Below, piece after piece: positions 40,212 through 50,800 of a stretch of DNA of 64,000 bases (position 1 is the stretch's first letter; each line of letters begins with the position of its first letter). The position numbers and the translations under genes are program-made. The stretch is from a virus. Lineage: Duplodnaviria > Heunggongvirae > Uroviricota > Caudoviricetes. The DNA lies in the IMG/VR virus record IMGVR_UViG_3300033067_001661, positions 141,624 to 205,623 of that record; one strand, 5' to 3'. The notes under the pieces are model-generated. The model did no database searches. It worked only from the letters and a program-made list of their open reading frames with translations, and had not been told where the DNA came from.

Positions 40212-40415
40212 TTATGCTCCGACTCTTCCGCCCCTCGTAACGCCAACAATCATAACGCCTTCTGCTGCCGTACTACGAGAAAGCTGATACAAACCCATTC
40301 CTCTATAACCTTGTCGGCTATTCCTAATTGCAAGAAAGTTCTCGGAAGAATTTCTATCCTTCTTAATCTCATTGCGAACTTTATTGAATACGCCTGTTGC
40401 TTGATTCTTTGACAT
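40212..40415 (-). CDS. Small basic hypothetical protein
   Basis: 67 aa; exactly fills the gap between the hub gene and the next gene; AGGAGG upstream. Confidence 0.6.
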   Translation of the reverse strand: MSKNQATGVFNKVRNEIKKDRNSSENFLAIRNSRQGYRGMGLYQLSRSTAAEGVMIVGVTRGGRVGA

Positions 40416-40416
40416 C

Positions 40417-43400
40417 TTATCCTCCTAAAACGTTTCCGCTAATAGACCCATTGGCTCCCAATCCAATCTCGTTCGTATTACCCCATTCAATATCTTGTCT
40501 TGGGAAGAGCCATAAGCATTCAAAATCTTGATACCATGTATTCTTTGAAGCGTCAACCTCGCTCTTTATCGAACTTATAACAAGAGGTTGTTTCTCTCTT
40601 GAACCAAGAGGCTGAAATGTAATAACATCAAGAGCCTTTAGCTTATTTCTTCCAATTGCTTTGAAAGAAACCTTTATTGGAGGGATAAACATTCTGGTGT
40701 AATTCTTGACAATCCACTTCACTGTATCTGCGCTACCAAATATACCGTCCATCTGCAAGAAAGGCTTACGGTATCCTATAAAGCCTGGCGAATCAGGATC
40801 ATTAAGAGAAGCATAGTTTGTATGACCAGCAACAAAGACTTCTCCATTTGGCGAAGTAGAAAGAACTTTGATTTCGTTCATAACATCTTGAACAACTCTT
40901 TCAACCTTATAATCGCCAACGATCTGCCTATTCATTTCAGCGCCGCCAACCGCCAACTGCTTTGGCGTTGCAAAAAAATCAACCTTACTAAGTCTTGCCC
41001 AATCCTGTATGGTCCAGTTTGTTTGCGAGCCAGACTGCCCTCCCCATATTTCTTGGTCATAAGGAAGCGGCTCAAAATGAAACACGCCAAGTCTATCAAA
41101 GTATGCAACCTTATTGGCAAGCAGAGACATCTTCTTTACAGCGTCCCAATAGTTGCTTCCGTCAGGGAACTTCAAAAATGGAGATTGCAAAATATCATAA
41201 GAGCCAGGAAGGGCGTATTCTCTATTATAGATTTTGTCGCCGTTATAATAGAAAGTATGCCATCCGCCTTGGTACTGAGATAAAGCAAGACTTCTAATCA
41301 AAGACCCAGGCTCAAACGTAGAATCATTATCCTCTCCGTCCCTAAGCCCTGCCATCTGCATAATATCGTAAACCGCATTTACATCCCTCATTCTGTCAAA
41401 GAATGGAGAGTTCAAGAACATCTGATCTTTCAGTATCTTAGAATAATCATTCAGTTTACAATCTAGAATCTTTTTATTAGTTTCAGTTGTAACAGTTCCG
41501 CCATGACAAAAACCAGTGAAAACAATCCTATCTTTAGGATTAGCTGGAGTTGGCATAATACCATCTTCCCACCAAATGCTAATCTGCAAATAGAATGTTT
41601 TATCAGCCAAAGAATACAGATAGTTTGATTGATTATTCCTAAACTTCATACCGTCGCTTACAAGGAACGATATCGAACCGCTATGTTCAAGTTCTTGCCA
41701 TTCCGTTTCTGACCATTCATCGCTAAAAGCAAGAACGTGCTGGCTTACGTCAACAGGGCTTCTTTCAAAGATACATCCCTTTGGCGGAACAAACATTCTA
41801 AAGTAGTATAGAATTGGAGTAACACAATCATTGAGCAGCCATCCTGTTCCGGCATTGTCTATAACAGGAAAAAGATAACCGCCAGGCAGCGCTGTTATAG
41901 CAACTTGGAAAAGCTTACTTCTATTAGAGGTTGAACCTTGATCAAGAACACATTCGGAAGCGTCAACCTCAAGAATAGATTCAAGGTTCAACCTTGTTCC
42001 CGTTCCGCCATTAGCTTTCATCATGTCTGGAGCTTTACCGTAGTTCCAAACAGCCCTAGGTTGAACGTCTATAGCATATGTTGTTGTCTTCTCAGCAGGA
42101 CCGCTTGGTTCTGTTGCATTACCAGACTCCTCTTCTGGAACGCCAGACGAGCTTCTTCTTGCGGCTATTTCCTTGTAAACACCAGCCTCGTTTGTATATT
42201 GTTGATTTTCAAGATAGACAGTAACATCAGGGTCCAAGCTCTTGCCTTTATCTCTGAAAAGAAACTGAACATCCTTAACGTCTATTGGTCCTTGTACAGA
42301 AAACGGTTGAGGTAAAACAAACTTGTTCAGCTTTGTATACAGCATTGGCGAGAAAGTAAACTGACAGTTACGATTTCCTCCCATTATGGCTATTCTACCA
42401 AAAGGGATGAGCATTTGTACTGTCTTATAGTTGACTTGACTTTCGCTAATAGGAACGCCAACCGGAGTTGAAGTAAGGTCTATATCCTTTCTAGATATAA
42501 CCCAAGGGTTATTCTCATATCCAGAAAAAGTAACAACGATATTACCGGCATGCTGTCTAATAGAAACCTTCAGCTTTTCCTGCCTCAAAAGAGTAGCAGA
42601 AGAAGCTGCGTCATACGTTGAAAGCTTTCTTAACTTCTTATTTCTACCTAGAACATCAAAATCAACACTTATAACTTCCTTTAATGAAATTCCGCCAGCG
42701 TCTGTTCTTCCCGTATCTTCGTCGGTATTAGTTCTGCATTTTTCAGGTTCATTAGAAGTTGATGTTCTTGGCGGAGGCTGCGTCCTTTGGTTGGAATTAT
42801 CAGCTTGAACCCTACAAGTAAGAGTTGGAGATTTTCCGCATTGGCAGAAAAATGGGAAGTTATTTTCTGATATAATGAGCCAATAATTATGCAAAGGATC
42901 TTCAACGCCTATCTCAATTATATAGTACATCTGTCTACTAAGATCAAGAGATTTCTTTCTCTCTTCCGCTATTTCGCTGCTTCTATCTCTGGCAGGATTG
43001 AAAAAATCTCCTGGATCAAAAGCTCCGCAAATAGAAGTCTCTGTAATAGAGTTGACATCTAAAAACGAAAACTTATCAAGCATTCTGTAGACATTGGACT
43101 TGTTAGCTATAGCGCTACTTTCTCTTGCTCCTGTAATAAACTCAACAACAAAGTCTTCTCCTTGAAAAACAGGAGTCCTCTTGAAAACTCTCCAATGAGC
43201 GCCAGGATTGATACCGTAATAGATATTGCCTCCCGGAGAGAAGAATGGCTTTAGGTTTGCTTGAGCAATAACAGCGGCAGGATCTCCTGTCTGAGCTATA
43301 CCAACCATCGCTGGCATGGCAACGGTATTCTTTGTTTTTGGAATAGTATCCGCAAGACCTTCGCTTGTTGCCTGTATGCCAAACGACTGACCTGCTTGAT

Positions 43401-44004
43401 AAGAAATATACTTCCATTGAGGACAGAATGACTTTATCATTCTAACAACAGGACTTGTTATTTTAGATATAGAATTGTATTCTGACGGCATCAGGTTGAT
43501 ATCGCAATATAAACTTCCGTCAGCTATCCATGTTTGATGGGAAGCAATCGAATTCGAAAAGACCGCAGAGTTACCTTCAAGAATAAGAAGATTAGAAGTC
43601 AAGTCCTTATCAAGAGCCAAAAACTCAAAAGAGCTAAGAGTATAGGTTCCTTTCTTCCAATCAAAATCTCTGCCTTCCTGAACTGTTGAACGAGACATCT
43701 CTGCTTTTAGCGAATTCTTTTCCGCTTTCTCTTCAGCGTCGGGTTTCAGAAAAGCCAAAAAGTTATCTATGTAGAAGTTGGGTATAGGCCTTAAGAAAGC
43801 ACCGTCCAAGCCAGGTATTGATAGTAAAGTATTCCTCAAGGTCTGAGGAGCAAACTGCAAAGTTTCAGGCGAAAAGATAAATGATTGATCTTGTCTAAGC
43901 CTATCATAGATAGGACAATTAGCCCAAATCAAGCATTTGAACTTAAGCTGACCAGGACGGCCCGGTGAAGCTGTTTCCCAATCTTTACAGCCATTTGCCA
44001 TCAA
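40417..44004 (-). CDS. Baseplate hub / Tal-like (gp27-fold) protein with large N-terminal extension
   Basis: C-terminal ~450 aa: VDVSQHV..IVFTGF..CKLNDYSKILKD..YWDAVKKMS..AYFDRLGVFHFEP..NEIKV..SFKAIGRNKLKALDVITF..VISSIKSE, the typical hub pattern; two genes after the tape measure. True start is probably ATG 44001. Confidence 0.7.
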   Translation of the reverse strand: MMANGCKDWETASPGRPGQLKFKCLIWANCPIYDRLRQDQSFIFSPETLQFAPQTLRNTLLSIPGLDGAFLRPIPNFYIDNFLAFLKPDAEEKAEKNSLKAEMSRSTVQEGRDFDWKKGTYTLSSFEFLALDKDLTSNLLILEGNSAVFSNSIASHQTWIADGSLYCDINLMPSEYNSISKITSPVVRMIKSFCPQWKYISYQAGQSFGIQATSEGLADTIPKTKNTVAMPAMVGIAQTGDPAAVIAQANLKPFFSPGGNIYYGINPGAHWRVFKRTPVFQGEDFVVEFITGARESSAIANKSNVYRMLDKFSFLDVNSITETSICGAFDPGDFFNPARDRSSEIAEERKKSLDLSRQMYYIIEIGVEDPLHNYWLIISENNFPFFCQCGKSPTLTCRVQADNSNQRTQPPPRTSTSNEPEKCRTNTDEDTGRTDAGGISLKEVISVDFDVLGRNKKLRKLSTYDAASSATLLRQEKLKVSIRQHAGNIVVTFSGYENNPWVISRKDIDLTSTPVGVPISESQVNYKTVQMLIPFGRIAIMGGNRNCQFTFSPMLYTKLNKFVLPQPFSVQGPIDVKDVQFLFRDKGKSLDPDVTVYLENQQYTNEAGVYKEIAARRSSSGVPEEESGNATEPSGPAEKTTTYAIDVQPRAVWNYGKAPDMMKANGGTGTRLNLESILEVDASECVLDQGSTSNRSKLFQVAITALPGGYLFPVIDNAGTGWLLNDCVTPILYYFRMFVPPKGCIFERSPVDVSQHVLAFSDEWSETEWQELEHSGSISFLVSDGMKFRNNQSNYLYSLADKTFYLQISIWWEDGIMPTPANPKDRIVFTGFCHGGTVTTETNKKILDCKLNDYSKILKDQMFLNSPFFDRMRDVNAVYDIMQMAGLRDGEDNDSTFEPGSLIRSLALSQYQGGWHTFYYNGDKIYNREYALPGSYDILQSPFLKFPDGSNYWDAVKKMSLLANKVAYFDRLGVFHFEPLPYDQEIWGGQSGSQTNWTIQDWARLSKVDFFATPKQLAVGGAEMNRQIVGDYKVERVVQDVMNEIKVLSTSPNGEVFVAGHTNYASLNDPDSPGFIGYRKPFLQMDGIFGSADTVKWIVKNYTRMFIPPIKVSFKAIGRNKLKALDVITFQPLGSREKQPLVISSIKSEVDASKNTWYQDFECLWLFPRQDIEWGNTNEIGLGANGSISGNVLGG

Positions 44005-47000
44005 TCATTCCCTTTTTGCGTATTCTATATCTAGTATCGGTGTTTCGGGATAAGAAAACGCTCTGAAACTACCAGATGCGTCCTTATAGAAAAATCTAAG
44101 GAAACCGTTACCCGTTGAATAACCAATTGAGGGTGTCTCTGATATAGAGAATCCATCGCCAAATACATCTACATCTCCATACGGGAAAACAACATTAGTT
44201 TCCTTGTTCTTAATGGCAATCTTTAGTTCTGGAGAAATTGCGCCAACGACAAAAACAGGCTTAGCCGTTTCTGAATCAGGACCAAGAAGATCTTGTATCT
44301 TAACATCACTAGCAATACTTGCCTTAGAAATGAAGTTTCTTATGAACAACATACCCTCAACCTGATAAGTTAGGTACGCAACATCAGACTTGTAATCTAT
44401 TGCAAATCCAAGCAATTTGATTGATTTCAATTCTTGCAAATCACTATTCTTATGAACAAGCAAGCCTTCTTCAAAGAAATCATACCAAGCGGCCCCGCCA
44501 TTTGAACTACCCCTACAGTACAAACGACCATTTGCAACAAATAGAACCTTGAACTGACCCGAAGAATCTCTAAAAGCAATAAAATCAACGTCGGGGAACC
44601 CCTCTTCGTAATTCTTTTCGTCCCCAGCAAGAGCTATACGATAATCTGTTCTTCTTGCATTTCTCATCGCTTCCGTAGTCGCAAGTTGCGTTTGAAGATA
44701 ATCTCCCGCTACGTTGCCAACAACTATATTACTTGGAGTAGACCTTAACTTTTGTCCAGCTTCAGAAAAATGATACAAGCCATACATCGCTAACGTATTT
44801 TCATCTAATCTATTCGGTCTCTTATATGCCAAAAATGCGTCTTCATAAACGAATAAACTAGCATCTATCTCTTTATGCATCAAAGCATCATTCAAAACAT
44901 AAAATAGGTGTATTTTATTGCTAAAATCGTCCATTACAGCATATGGAGCCGAAACGCTTTCTCCAACCACGGTTCTAACAAGACCCTTAAAATCATACCA
45001 TGTATAACCATAATCAGGGGACAATAGACAAGATATCTCTCTCGCCGTCTGCTCTTGAAGGCCTGGCATTGCGCCGTCAGGATAAGGTCCAACTACATGA
45101 GAACCGTCAGCATTGCGTCCATTATTAGAAGTATCGCCTTCGCCGCCCTTTTCGTCTTCATAGAAAACAAGCCATCGACCAGAAGGATCAAAGCATGTCG
45201 CAACATTGCTTGTTGATATCTTATACTTCTGATATTCTTCCTCTTCCAAAGACTCCGCTTCGATATATTCAATATCCATGTATTTAAGTATATCGCCGTC
45301 TATGAACCAACTTTCAGCATTTATGTAACGAGTATCAACGCAAACAATCCTTGCGTCCTTTTTGAAACTTCCTTGATAAGGAATAGCAACATTATCAACA
45401 ACATTCTTTGAAGACGGAAAAACAAAAGAAACCATTCGTTTTGAATTATCCAAAAATGCTCTGTTATTCGGTATGTATTTGATTGTTATTTTTCTAAGTC
45501 TTCTTCCGGATAAGCCGGCAACATTAATCCTGCCAGTAGTTTGATCTCTTGTGAAAACCAACTTGTCAGTTTTGATAATTGTAGGAGAAACCTTGCTCAT
45601 AAGAATCAAAGCATTTTCTGTTGATATCTCTATGCCTCTATAATATCCCGGTTGATCTCCTATGAGATTATCATATCCGCCATACTTGATACTCTCGCCC
45701 GTAAGCGACGTATCAAGCTGAGGAAGAGTATGACCCTCTGAAGTAAGATTTTCTCTTTCCATTTCGGAAAAATCTTTATTGATTACGCCTTCTTCGAAAA
45801 CCCTGAAGTTCGTTGTTCCATTAGAACTATCAGGATAAACAAGACAAGCTTGATACTTATTAGGGTCTGTAGTGACTGCATAGTTTTCAGTAAAGGCCGG
45901 TCTTGTACCAACCCATATAGCTCCGTCGCCTCGAATAGGATTAACTGCCTGAAACTTTTCAACATAGATACGAGACTTAGAAGAAAGTCCTTGCAAAAAG
46001 GTAGGAGTCCTCAAGAGCATATCAGCTTGTATAGTACCTTTTGTGCAGAATCCAAAATCGTAGGTAAATGTTACGTTGCAAGTATACAAAGTTCCAGAAC
46101 CCTGCATCGGAACCGAATCGAACTTAGCGCTTGTTAGATCATAATCGTCTCTGCCTGGAGACAAGTTTTTGATAAGATCCAAGTTCGCAAAACCAACTCC
46201 AGTATTAGGTATGTCTTTGTTATATATAGTACAATTTGAAAGCGCCTTTGCTAATCTTCTTTCATATCCAAACTTCTCATTATCATAGCAAACAGAATTG
46301 ACATGATCGCTTATATCAAAAAGAAAATCATCAAAAAAAGCTCTAGCCTCATCGCCGCCTAGAATCAACTGCCCACTTGAATCAAAAGCATTACTCGTTG
46401 ACTGAACTTCTTGCAAGAAAGAGTCAAACCAAGCCTGATCTCTTATAGACGCCCTAGGAATCAACAATCGAACTTCATTGTTATTTCTAAAACTACAAGA
46501 TAGTATACCTCTTGAGTCTGCAAAATAACAACCCATTATGAACTGGTTTCTATTTGCCTTTTCAAGCTTTGATTCGATTAGTCGCTGACATTCCATATCC
46601 GTCAAAAGGATTCTTTGAGTAAGCCTTTGAATTCTTCTTGTCTTTTCTGTTTCAGTAAGAGAAGCATTATTCTGTATTTCAAGGATTTGACTTTGTATCT
46701 CGGCGTCATTAACGAAATCCGCCAAAGCTGCTCGTTCCGAGGAATTCTTTCTAACCTTAAACTTGAACTTCTTAAAGTTCCAACCCTTTACCAAATCAAG
46801 AGGAGGTAACTGATAAACGCTTTGATCTGGAAAAAGGAAAAAGTTAGTTATGTTCTCTATAGCATGCCTAAAAAGAGGCGTTCCGCCAACGTAAGATATA
46901 TAGACCTTATCGCCAGCCTTCAACGCAACAGTAGGCGGAGCGTCTGCGGGAGGCGGATTGTTCGGGTCTGTTTGCTCGGAAAGATTGAAAGAAACAACCT

Positions 47001-47880
47001 TATCAGCTAGATCGTCGGTGCTACCATTCCAAAAACAATGACCATTTGTTCTATCAAACTCATTATCAGCCCTATAACGATTTTTCCTCTCGTCTCGAAC
47101 AATTCCCGTAAACAAATTGGTTGCGTCAGAATATTTGTAGTTCTCAAACTCCGCCTGTATCTGTCCTTCAGGAGACTGAGGCCAACCTCTAATTCTACCA
47201 CCCGAATTACCAAGATTCTCTAGCTCATTAAGATCTGACAAGCCCAAAAGAATCCTCATATCGCTATCTGTTAGTTCACTAGGCGCAACTCTTCTACCAA
47301 GCCTTTGTTCTACTTCGTCAGCGGGAGTTGCTCTTGCTCTAGCTATTTGCTCTTCTGTTAGCGGCGTGTCTGGCGTAACAAATACTATTGGCGCTCTTGT
47401 TATACCAAGAACTCCCAAAACATAATCTGGCAAAGTAATTTGCTTACTTGTTATATTCTCTTGGGTAAGAACAATTTCTCTATTAAGTCTTGTTTCTGAA
47501 TCGCAAACATGAAACGTCCACCTAGACAAGGTTCTTTCAGCATCGCCTTGCAAAGAGCAACCAAGAGCAGAACCTATACCAAAACCTGCTCCGCCTCCAA
47601 GAGTTCCAAATATGAAACCAGTATTACCACCTGGCGATAAATCATTAAGACTTGTTCCCGTGACTCTTGTTCTTACTCCAAACCAAAACTCAGCATACAA
47701 TCTATCTGCGGGAAGCAAACGTATAACCTCTCGTTCAGAGATTATTTGTCCTCCCTGATTACGAGTTCTAGGTCTAGCTGTTGTTCCTGTTTCTGGAATA
47801 TAGCCATTTGGAATAAGGTCTATATTGTCATAAGCAAGAACACTGCTAGGTAAAAGATTGCCTAAGCATATATTGGGCAT
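44005..47880 (-). CDS. Large tail-tip protein directly after the tape measure; Asp-box repeats in the C-terminal part
   Basis: 1291 aa; LSPDYGYTW and SSNGGAAW Asp-boxes; occupies the distal-tail-protein position. Confidence 0.55.
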   Translation of the reverse strand: MPNICLGNLLPSSVLAYDNIDLIPNGYIPETGTTARPRTRNQGGQIISEREVIRLLPADRLYAEFWFGVRTRVTGTSLNDLSPGGNTGFIFGTLGGGAGFGIGSALGCSLQGDAERTLSRWTFHVCDSETRLNREIVLTQENITSKQITLPDYVLGVLGITRAPIVFVTPDTPLTEEQIARARATPADEVEQRLGRRVAPSELTDSDMRILLGLSDLNELENLGNSGGRIRGWPQSPEGQIQAEFENYKYSDATNLFTGIVRDERKNRYRADNEFDRTNGHCFWNGSTDDLADKVVSFNLSEQTDPNNPPPADAPPTVALKAGDKVYISYVGGTPLFRHAIENITNFFLFPDQSVYQLPPLDLVKGWNFKKFKFKVRKNSSERAALADFVNDAEIQSQILEIQNNASLTETEKTRRIQRLTQRILLTDMECQRLIESKLEKANRNQFIMGCYFADSRGILSCSFRNNNEVRLLIPRASIRDQAWFDSFLQEVQSTSNAFDSSGQLILGGDEARAFFDDFLFDISDHVNSVCYDNEKFGYERRLAKALSNCTIYNKDIPNTGVGFANLDLIKNLSPGRDDYDLTSAKFDSVPMQGSGTLYTCNVTFTYDFGFCTKGTIQADMLLRTPTFLQGLSSKSRIYVEKFQAVNPIRGDGAIWVGTRPAFTENYAVTTDPNKYQACLVYPDSSNGTTNFRVFEEGVINKDFSEMERENLTSEGHTLPQLDTSLTGESIKYGGYDNLIGDQPGYYRGIEISTENALILMSKVSPTIIKTDKLVFTRDQTTGRINVAGLSGRRLRKITIKYIPNNRAFLDNSKRMVSFVFPSSKNVVDNVAIPYQGSFKKDARIVCVDTRYINAESWFIDGDILKYMDIEYIEAESLEEEEYQKYKISTSNVATCFDPSGRWLVFYEDEKGGEGDTSNNGRNADGSHVVGPYPDGAMPGLQEQTAREISCLLSPDYGYTWYDFKGLVRTVVGESVSAPYAVMDDFSNKIHLFYVLNDALMHKEIDASLFVYEDAFLAYKRPNRLDENTLAMYGLYHFSEAGQKLRSTPSNIVVGNVAGDYLQTQLATTEAMRNARRTDYRIALAGDEKNYEEGFPDVDFIAFRDSSGQFKVLFVANGRLYCRGSSNGGAAWYDFFEEGLLVHKNSDLQELKSIKLLGFAIDYKSDVAYLTYQVEGMLFIRNFISKASIASDVKIQDLLGPDSETAKPVFVVGAISPELKIAIKNKETNVVFPYGDVDVFGDGFSISETPSIGYSTGNGFLRFFYKDASGSFRAFSYPETPILDIEYAKRE

Positions 47881-47884
47881 TTAA

Positions 47885-50800
47885 TTACGCCTGTCTCATT
47901 TCCTTAAGAACCTGAGGTATAGCTTCTCTTGCAGCCGCAACAGCAACTTGAGTCATTGCATGCTTGAATGCATTTATAACTTCATTACTATTTATTGAGT
48001 CTTTAACTGTATTTGGAAAAGACTTTACATTCTCTCCTGACCCAGAAGCCAAGACTTTATCTTGTATTATTAGATTGTACATATTCAAATCTTCTTCATA
48101 TTTCTTCTTCATCTCTTGCAATTTGAAGTAATTCTTCTGCCTGCCTTCGAGCTTTTGTTCTTTTGTCATTCCTGAAAGATCTGTGGAATAAGTCTTCTCC
48201 CAACCACTCGCCCAATTTGTCAAACTATTCTTGCTACTACCAAATAAACCCGAACTAAAATACGAAGCGTAATCCGCAATACCACCAAATCCTTGAGAAA
48301 CTAAGCCCTTAGCAGCTTTAGACACAGGCGATTCGCTTGACTCTTGACCCAAAGCCCTAGTTTGAGCGCCAACAAGCTGCTCCATTCTTCTAATTTCTTC
48401 TTCATCAGCAACTAACTTAGAAAGATAATCGTTGTTGTTCTGAACAACTTCTACAACAGCCGGAACGTCAGCTTTATTTTGCTCGACCTCTTTTGCTTTT
48501 TCCTTTGTTACATAAGGAGAAACCGCTCCCGCAAAACTTCCAGAATCAGGAGCAACAACCGAACTATTCATAAGAGACGGGTTCCCGGTGACTCCAACAA
48601 AACCGCTTGCCGCTGTTGTAAGCTTTGTCAAAGCAGAAGCCGAATCTTCTGTCGCCTTCTTATGCTCGTCAAACGCCTGAGAGCTACCATAAAGAGCATC
48701 CGAAACCGCCGCAGCAACTGAACCGCCAGGGCCAGAATTGACCTTATTGATTACTGCATTTGCTCCGTTTCTAAGGAAATCCGTACCAGAACCAGTAAAG
48801 TCTCCGAACTGCGAAAGAACTGCCTTTTCAGCAGCACCAGCAGCACCTTCGGTCAAGCTTCCCGCGCCAAATCTTCCAGACTCTCTACGACCCTCAAGCT
48901 CAGAACCTGCTCTAAGCGCCCTAACTCTATCAGGAGCGCCAAATACTAAGCTACCAAGTCTCTTTTCTTGAGATATAACAATACGAGTAAATACACCAGC
49001 ACCAGTTGTCATGGCGGCAATAGCTGATATATAACCTTCTCTCAAAGCTTTTGTAAGCTCAGCCTGCTTTCTAATTTGCTCTGTATACTTTGTTCCAAGT
49101 TCAAGCCTCTTATTCTCGAAACTGAAATCGCTTGCCTGCCTATCTTTCTGAATCTTCTGTCTTTCCTCTTCTGATTCAGCAGCCGCAAGTAAGGTTTGAA
49201 ACCTTTGGTTTTCTTTTTGCTGCTCTTGATCTAAAAGAGCAATTGTTTCTAGAGTTATTCGTTTTTCATTTTCAATAGACTTAACAACTTGCATCTGCAT
49301 ACCAACGCTTGCTCTGAGTCCCATTCCAAGAGAATCTGCAAGATTCTTTCGAGACTCATCAAAAGCTGTTTGTTTATTAGATTGTTCAGCCGCCTGGCTT
49401 CCTGCTTCAACAATTTTGTCAGCAATGGAAGCTCCTTGTTTGCGTAAATTATTTTGCTCTGCAAGCTGCTTATTGTAGTCTCTAATAGTCTTAAGCGGAA
49501 TCAATGTCGCATCTGTAAGATTCTTCTCCATCTCATTAGCTTCATCAACCTTACCAGCAGCGCGCAATTGATCGGCCTCAGCTACTAAAGATTGCATTCT
49601 CTCAGGGCTAATGCCGCTTCTTTCAGATCCCTGTCTGATAACTTTCATATACTCGTCATTTGCTTTTTTAGCTTCATCAAGCCTTCTTCTAAACTCATCA
49701 AGATTTTCTCCTAAAGCGGAGCCAAATCCACCTGTCAGATTCTGCGTCATACCAAAAAAGCCAATAAAGCTATCAAGAATAGCCTTTTGAGAATTAAGCA
49801 AATCAACTTGTATTTTATATCGTTCTTCTACACTCTTAAGTCTTATTGTGTATTGCGTAAGAGTCTCTAAGTTTTTATTATCAGCTTCCCATACTTTTTT
49901 GCGAATATCCAATAAAGCTTGAGCTTTATTATTTTGCTCCTGCATTTCTGCAAGATTTCTATTATTGAAATCTAGTTTCTTCTGAAGATATTCAATTTGC
50001 TTAGCATCTCCGGCTTGCCTTGCCTCTGCAAGCTCAGCTTCTAGTGGAATAATTTCACTTTTTATGAAAGCGGCTTCTTGTTTTTTAGCCTCGCTTGCAC
50101 CAGTTGCTCCACTCGCTATTAAATCTTGCTCATTTGCCCTGTCTCTTAGAGCAAGCATCTGATTTTTCTTTTCTCTCGCAGATTTTACTTCATTAGCTTC
50201 TTCATTTTCAAACCAAGCAGCAATAAGTCCACCAATACCGCCTATAACGCCTCCTGCTACAGCACCGATAGCAGTACCCAAAACAGGAACAACACTTCCA
50301 ACGATGGCTCCCGTCGCGGCTCCGAGAGCGATTCCTCCTCCGAAGCCAGCAACCTTACCAACATCGCTTTCCATGAAATGTTCGTCGTCGTTTATTAATC
50401 CAACCTTCTTTGCTCCCCAATTAGCAATATTGAGACCGCCTGCGGCAGCGAGATAACCGCCACCGCCTGCAAGGGCTGCACTTCCCACACCGCCAAGAGC
50501 GCGAGCGCCAAAGCCTGTAGCGGTTGAAGAAGCTGCTCTAAATAAGCCGCCTCCGCTACCAAGCATATTCTTGACAGCCATTCCTGTTTGCATGAAATTA
50601 GCAAGACCACCAACCGCTCCCGCCAAAGTTGTAAGAGCGGCTGTTGCTATAACAAGACCCGAAGCAAATGATTGCAAAAATTCTGAGTTCTTATCCATAT
50701 ACTCAGAAATGTCTTTTAATGTTCCTATAAACCCAGAGCCAAGTCGCATCTGTAGATCTTCGAAGAACTTGTTTATGTTCCTAAATGCTTTTGTCTCTTC

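Noticed and set aside
1-47880. Diversity-generating retroelement acting on tail proteins
   Set aside because: No reverse transcriptase and no near-identical nucleotide repeat pair differing at adenines was seen; repeats are at protein level only.
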